This document shows positions 59,557-64,000 of a stretch of 64,000 bases of DNA, piece after piece. The translations under genes were made by a program, and so were the position numbers. This DNA comes from Bacteroidia bacterium (GTDB lineage: Bacteria > Bacteroidota > Bacteroidia > M30B66): positions 2,607 to 66,606 of the forward strand of contig JAIBAI010000008.1 of NCBI GenBank assembly GCA_019695235.1, written 5' to 3'. The notes below the pieces were generated by a model that saw only the letters and a program-made list of their open reading frames with translations, searched no databases and was not told the DNA's origin. How positions within the stretch are numbered: the first letter of the stretch is position 1; the number at the start of each line of letters is the position of its first letter.

Positions 59557-60528
59557 TTACTTGAGTTCTTTGGCTGGTAAGGCTTCCGGAGAAGCAACGA
59601 ATTGAGTTCCTTTCAAATAATGGTTTTGTGAAATCACCGAATGACGGTCAATCTTCCTCGGCCCTTCTTCTATCCAATCACTCAGGTCTTTTTTCTCAAA
59701 ACGACAAGTATTGCAAATCCATTCGGCTACTTCACCCCACTGGTCTTTGCGGCCTGTAACACGGTAAATGTCATTGCCGAACTTCCATATTACAGCCTTA
59801 CCAGCGCAGTCAGGGCAATCACGATGCGCATCATAAGGTTTTAGGAACCATACGCGGCTTTTGAACCTGAATGTGCGGTCGGTCAAGGCTCCTACCGGGC
59901 AAACATCTATCATATTACCGGAGAAGTTATTGTTCACAGCACCTTCGATATATGTGCTGATTTCCGAATCCCAGCCCCGGTTCATTACACCGTGTACCCT
60001 TTGTGGTGTCAGCTGATCTGCAACTTTCACGCAACGATAGCACAGAATGCAACGATTCATGTTAAGCTTAATCGTAGGCCCGATATCTATTTCGTCAAAA
60101 GTGCGCTTCTCATAATCGTACCTCGACTGGCTTTTCCCCCGGTCGTATGAAAGGTCCTGAAGATGACACTCTCCGGCCTGATCGCAAATCGGGCAATCAA
60201 TTGGATGGTTTATTAGCAGGAACTCAGTAACCGCTTTTCTAACATCTTTTACCTCTTCAGATGTATAGTTTTGTACCTCCATGCCATCCATGACCGGTGT
60301 ACGGCAGGAGGCAACCAGTTTGGGCATAGGACGCGGATCTTTCTCAGAACCCTTACTCACCTTTACCAGGCAGGTACGGCAGTAACCACCTGATGTTTCA
60401 AGGGTAGAATAATAACACATAGCGGGCGGGGTCACACCCGGTCCGATCATCCGGGCAGCCTGTAAAATAGTGGTTCCCGGTTCGACCTCTATGGTCTGGT
60501 TATCAATGGTAATTTTTATCAGGCTCAT
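59557..60528 (-). CDS. nuoG: NADH-quinone oxidoreductase subunit G, short form with the N-terminal Fe-S domains only
   Basis: 2Fe-2S and 4Fe-4S cysteine clusters (CYYS...CRTC; CPICDQAGEC; CILCYRCV). Only 323 aa, with no molybdopterin-like domain. Confidence 0.8.
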   Translation of the reverse strand: MSLIKITIDNQTIEVEPGTTILQAARMIGPGVTPPAMCYYSTLETSGGYCRTCLVKVSKGSEKDPRPMPKLVASCRTPVMDGMEVQNYTSEEVKDVRKAVTEFLLINHPIDCPICDQAGECHLQDLSYDRGKSQSRYDYEKRTFDEIDIGPTIKLNMNRCILCYRCVKVADQLTPQRVHGVMNRGWDSEISTYIEGAVNNNFSGNMIDVCPVGALTDRTFRFKSRVWFLKPYDAHRDCPDCAGKAVIWKFGNDIYRVTGRKDQWGEVAEWICNTCRFEKKDLSDWIEEGPRKIDRHSVISQNHYLKGTQFVASPEALPAKELK

Positions 60529-60538
60529 GGCAATTCAA

Positions 60539-61900
60539 TTAGGCAACCACAGGGGCAGGTTTAACAGGCATGATAGGCTCTTTATGGCCGTGTTTTGGGT
60601 CTTTCACCTTCTCGGCATGCAGTACATGGTACTCAAACTCATGCCTGAAGTGTCTTATGGCGGCAGCAACTGGCCAGGCAGCTGCGTCTCCCAGCGGACA
60701 AATTGTATTTCCTTCGATTTTTTTAGCAACCCCAACCAGTAAGTCAATATCATCAAGATTGCCCATGCCTTTTTCGAGGCGGCGCAATACTGTTTCCATC
60801 CACCCGGTTCCTTCGCGGCAGGGACTGCATTGCCCGCAGCTTTCATGCCGGTAGAAACGGCTGAAGTTCCAGGTGTTACGTACAACGCATTGGTTTTCAT
60901 CATAAACGATAAAACCACCGGAACCTAACATTGACCCGGTAGCGAATCCGCCATCCGACAATGATTCATAAGTCATCAAACGGTCATCACCTGTTGCTGT
61001 TTTACAAACCAAGTACTCAGGCAAAATGGGCACTGATGAACCGCCAGGTACACAGGCTTTTAAACGTTTGCCATTGGCAATACCTCCACAATATTCATCA
61101 GAGAATAAAAATTCTTCTACCGGTAAACCTAACTCAATTTCGTACACACCGGGTTTATTGATATTGCCGGATGCAGAAATCAATTTAGTACCTGTTGAAC
61201 GCCCGATACCTATTGCAGCATAAGCCTCACCACCATCATTTACAATCGGCACTACGGCGGCTATGGTTTCAACATTGTTAACCACCGTTGGGCAGCGGTA
61301 AAGTCCTTCAACTGCCGGAAAAGGAGGCTTTATTCTGGGGTTGCCCCTTTTGCCTTCCAATGATTCAAGCAGGGCTGTTTCTTCTCCACAGATATAGGCT
61401 CCCGCCCCTACTTGTACATATAAATCAAGGTCATAACCCGAACCCAAGATGTTTTTACCCAGCCAGCCATTGGCATACGCCTCAGCAATAGCCTGTTCTA
61501 AAATTCTTGAAACGTAGAAATATTCGCCCCTGATGTATATAAACGACGTATTAGCACCCAGCGCAAAACTTGAAGTAATCATCCCTTCCACCAACAGATG
61601 CGGGATGCGCTCCATCAGATAGCGGTCTTTGAAGGTGCCTGGTTCTGATTCGTCGGCATTGCATACCAAATAGCGTGGCACACCTTCAGGTTTTGCCAGA
61701 AAGCTCCATTTCATGCCGGTTGGGAAACCAGCCCCTCCACGCCCGCGCAGACCTGATTTCTTCACTTCTTCAGTTACCGCTTCCGGACTCATTGTTTTCA
61801 GCGCCTTCTCAACCGAAGCATAACCTCCGTTTGCACGGTACACATCATAAGACCGGATTCCCGGAACATGATCTTTTGCCAATAATAATTTCCTGCTCAT
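60539..61900 (-). CDS. nuoF: NADH-quinone oxidoreductase subunit F
   Basis: GRGGAGFPTGMKW FMN-binding site and ESCGQCSPCREG 4Fe-4S motif. Confidence 0.95.
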   Translation of the reverse strand: MSRKLLLAKDHVPGIRSYDVYRANGGYASVEKALKTMSPEAVTEEVKKSGLRGRGGAGFPTGMKWSFLAKPEGVPRYLVCNADESEPGTFKDRYLMERIPHLLVEGMITSSFALGANTSFIYIRGEYFYVSRILEQAIAEAYANGWLGKNILGSGYDLDLYVQVGAGAYICGEETALLESLEGKRGNPRIKPPFPAVEGLYRCPTVVNNVETIAAVVPIVNDGGEAYAAIGIGRSTGTKLISASGNINKPGVYEIELGLPVEEFLFSDEYCGGIANGKRLKACVPGGSSVPILPEYLVCKTATGDDRLMTYESLSDGGFATGSMLGSGGFIVYDENQCVVRNTWNFSRFYRHESCGQCSPCREGTGWMETVLRRLEKGMGNLDDIDLLVGVAKKIEGNTICPLGDAAAWPVAAAIRHFRHEFEYHVLHAEKVKDPKHGHKEPIMPVKPAPVVA

Positions 61901-61905
61901 ACCGA

Positions 61906-62484
61906 TTAGTTGCTGTTAACAAAATCCAGGTCTGTATAATTTCTCCGGCGGTCTTCCTTACGATACCGCTCTATCAGGTTATCAATGCGCTCTTCGGTGA
62001 GATTCTCATGGTACTCTGCACCACATTGCAACATAGGTGCGGTTCCACATGAACCCAGGCATTCTACCGTTTTTAAAGTAAACATGCCATCGCTGGTGGT
62101 TTCGCCTGCCTTGATGTTCAGTTTTTTTCCAATGTATTCTACCACATCCTCAGCGCCACGGGTCCAGCATGAAGAGGTCTGACACACCTCTAATACACAT
62201 TTACCAACGGGTTTCAGGTTGTACATTGAATAGAAAGAGGCTACCTCATAAACCTCAACAGGCAAAAGCCCCAAAATCTCCGCGACATAATCGAGTACTT
62301 CCGGACTTAACCAGCCATCTGATTCAGCCTGGGCAATATGTAAAACCGGGAGCATCGCTGATTTTTGCTTTCCTGCCGGATAACGTTGAATGATTTTTTG
62401 GATGCTTTCCAAAGCCGGTTCGCTAAAACGTATCGTCTTGCGTTTTTCCGGGTCAAATTTCTTTACTCCTTGCTCGTTTGACAT
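61906..62484 (-). CDS. nuoE: NADH-quinone oxidoreductase subunit E
   Basis: Thioredoxin-like 2Fe-2S motifs CQTSSC...CLGSCGTAP. Confidence 0.9.
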   Translation of the reverse strand: MSNEQGVKKFDPEKRKTIRFSEPALESIQKIIQRYPAGKQKSAMLPVLHIAQAESDGWLSPEVLDYVAEILGLLPVEVYEVASFYSMYNLKPVGKCVLEVCQTSSCWTRGAEDVVEYIGKKLNIKAGETTSDGMFTLKTVECLGSCGTAPMLQCGAEYHENLTEERIDNLIERYRKEDRRRNYTDLDFVNSN

Positions 62485-62495
62485 AATTAACAGTT

Positions 62496-63707
62496 TTATG
62501 CGTCTAACTCTCCGGCGATGACGTTCATACTTGACATTGTCATAATCGCATCTGAAAGCATTTGCCCTCTGATTAACTCCGGATACGCCTGGTAATAAAT
62601 AAAACAGGGCCTTCTGAAATGCAGGCGGTAGGGCTGTCGGCCACCATCAGAAATGAGGTAAAAGCCCAGCTCCCCGTTTGCACCCTCTACAGAATGGTAA
62701 ACTTCACCTTTTGGCAGGTCAACCTCACCCATGATAATCTTAAAGTGCCAAATCAGTGCCTCAATGGTGGTATATACCTCTTGTTTTTTTGGCAGGTAAA
62801 ACTCCGGACAGTCAGCATAGTGATTGCCCTCCGGCATACCCTCATAAGCTGCTTTGATAATCTTTAAACTTTCTCTGATTTCATTTTGACGCACCATGTA
62901 GCGATCAAACGTATCACCGTCGGTTCCAACCGGAATCACAAAATCAAAATCCTGATAAGATGAATAGGGTGTCATCACGCGTACATCGTAATCAACACCC
63001 GCAGCACGCAGGTTTGGTCCGGCAAAACTATATTCTAGTGCCCTTTCTGCTGAAATCTTGCCCACCCCGATTACACGATCCATAAAAATCCTGTTTCGGG
63101 TAAGTAAACGGTCAAATTCTTCGAAGCGCGCCGGAAACTCTTTCAAAAATGTTTCAAGTTTTTTCCGGAAATCTTTATTGAAGTCTCTTTCAAAGCCACC
63201 TATCCGGCCAATATTAGTTGTAAGCCTTGCACCACAAACCTCCTCATACATGTCGTAAATGCGCTCACGCTCCTGAAACATATAAGTAAAACCCGTAAGT
63301 GCCCCTGAGTCTACCCCTAAAACCGTATTGCAAACAAGGTGGTCTGCAATTCGTGCCAACTCCATGATAATCACACGCATATAGTCAACCTTCTTGGGCA
63401 TCTCTACCTGCAGTAATTTTTCAACCGTCATGTGCCAGCCAATATTGTTTATTGGGGCCGAACAGTAGTTCATCCGGTCGGTTAATGGTGTAACCTGGTA
63501 ATAAGGCCGCTTTTCTGCAATCTTCTCAAACGCACGGTGTATGTACCCAATCGTAGGTTCTGCATCAACAATGATTTCACCATCTAACTTGAGAACATTC
63601 TGAAAAATACCATGTGTCGAGGGGTGGGTAGGCCCCAAATTGAGCGTGTTATAGACCTTGTCGTTGCCAGTGGCCTGATCCTCTCCAAATATTGTTGCTT
63701 CTTTCAT
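62496..63707 (-). CDS. nuoD: NADH-quinone oxidoreductase subunit D
   Basis: LNLGPTHPSTHGI and conserved 49-kDa subunit sequence. ATG at 63707. Confidence 0.95.
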   Translation of the reverse strand: MKEATIFGEDQATGNDKVYNTLNLGPTHPSTHGIFQNVLKLDGEIIVDAEPTIGYIHRAFEKIAEKRPYYQVTPLTDRMNYCSAPINNIGWHMTVEKLLQVEMPKKVDYMRVIIMELARIADHLVCNTVLGVDSGALTGFTYMFQERERIYDMYEEVCGARLTTNIGRIGGFERDFNKDFRKKLETFLKEFPARFEEFDRLLTRNRIFMDRVIGVGKISAERALEYSFAGPNLRAAGVDYDVRVMTPYSSYQDFDFVIPVGTDGDTFDRYMVRQNEIRESLKIIKAAYEGMPEGNHYADCPEFYLPKKQEVYTTIEALIWHFKIIMGEVDLPKGEVYHSVEGANGELGFYLISDGGRQPYRLHFRRPCFIYYQAYPELIRGQMLSDAIMTMSSMNVIAGELDA

Positions 63708-63716
63708 GATGTACAA

Positions 63717-64000
63717 TTATCTACCAAAGAATCTGTCGTCTTTATCTTCCCTTGATGAATCTTCCAACGGAAACTCCTTCCTTAAAGGAAACATCTCCAT
63801 GTGGTCAACATTGAGAATACGTTTTAAATTCGGATGCCCTGTAAAAATTACCCCAAAAAAATCATAGGTCTCACGCTCCATCCAATTTGCCCCGGTCCAG
63901 ATATCTGTAACTGAATCAACCTCAGGATTTGTTACCGGCAACCAGGTTTTAACCCGAAGCCTGTAGTTGGCAACCAGATTGTGCAGGTGGTAAACAACGC
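63717..64000 (-). CDS. nuoC: NADH-quinone oxidoreductase subunit C (C-terminal part; the gene continues past the window end)
   Basis: ...WMERETYDFFGVIFTGHPNLKRIL matches the 30-kDa subunit C-terminus. The ORF is open to the window edge. Confidence 0.8.
   Translation of the reverse strand, partial: VVYHLHNLVANYRLRVKTWLPVTNPEVDSVTDIWTGANWMERETYDFFGVIFTGHPNLKRILNVDHMEMFPLRKEFPLEDSSREDKDDRFFGR

Overview
Bacteroidota-type chromosomal window, predicted to be about 48% GC core with AT-rich inserts. The phylum call rests on SusC/SusD, T9SS C-terminal sorting domains, a Rho with a large Q/N/P-rich insertion, and an atpBEFHAG operon lacking atpDC. Core genes are an MBL hydrolase, mpl, rho, gdh, purD, atpBEFHAG, an FAD oxidoreductase, an acyltransferase, PSP1/RicT-like, gldH-like, cyoE with a cox3-like gene, pheT, hsp20, a zinc metallopeptidase, nuoC(partial)DEFGHI, and a starch utilisation locus (GH13 amylase, SusC, SusD, SusE/F-like proteins and a triple-CBM protein, the amylase and CBM protein carrying T9SS tails). 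Accessory or unusual content, in order: (1) a tandemly duplicated gene, one copy running off the window start, whose roughly 257-aa N-domain ends in a canonical double-glycine leader motif followed by a 10-Cys tail, with a small 3-TM protein beside it, which may be a new secreted-peptide (bacteriocin/RiPP-like) module; (2) a wzx/wzz/O-antigen-ligase trio followed by three tandem two-gene cassettes (small secreted beta-module protein plus N-anchored DUF2341-like/LamG protein, two of three with T9SS tails) sharing a 14-nt upstream motif; (3) an apparently AT-rich island of about 7 kb with hypothetical secreted and membrane proteins and a TaqI-like N6-adenine methyltransferase next to a start-less ORF remnant; (4) a DUF433/DUF5615 TA-like pair inserted at the atpG 3' end and flanked by an 84-bp perfect direct repeat that duplicates the atpG terminus; (5) a KilA-N gene split by a frameshift in an A6 tract. 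No rRNA, tRNA or CRISPR arrays were seen. All calls come from reading the sequence and ORF translations; no database searches were run.
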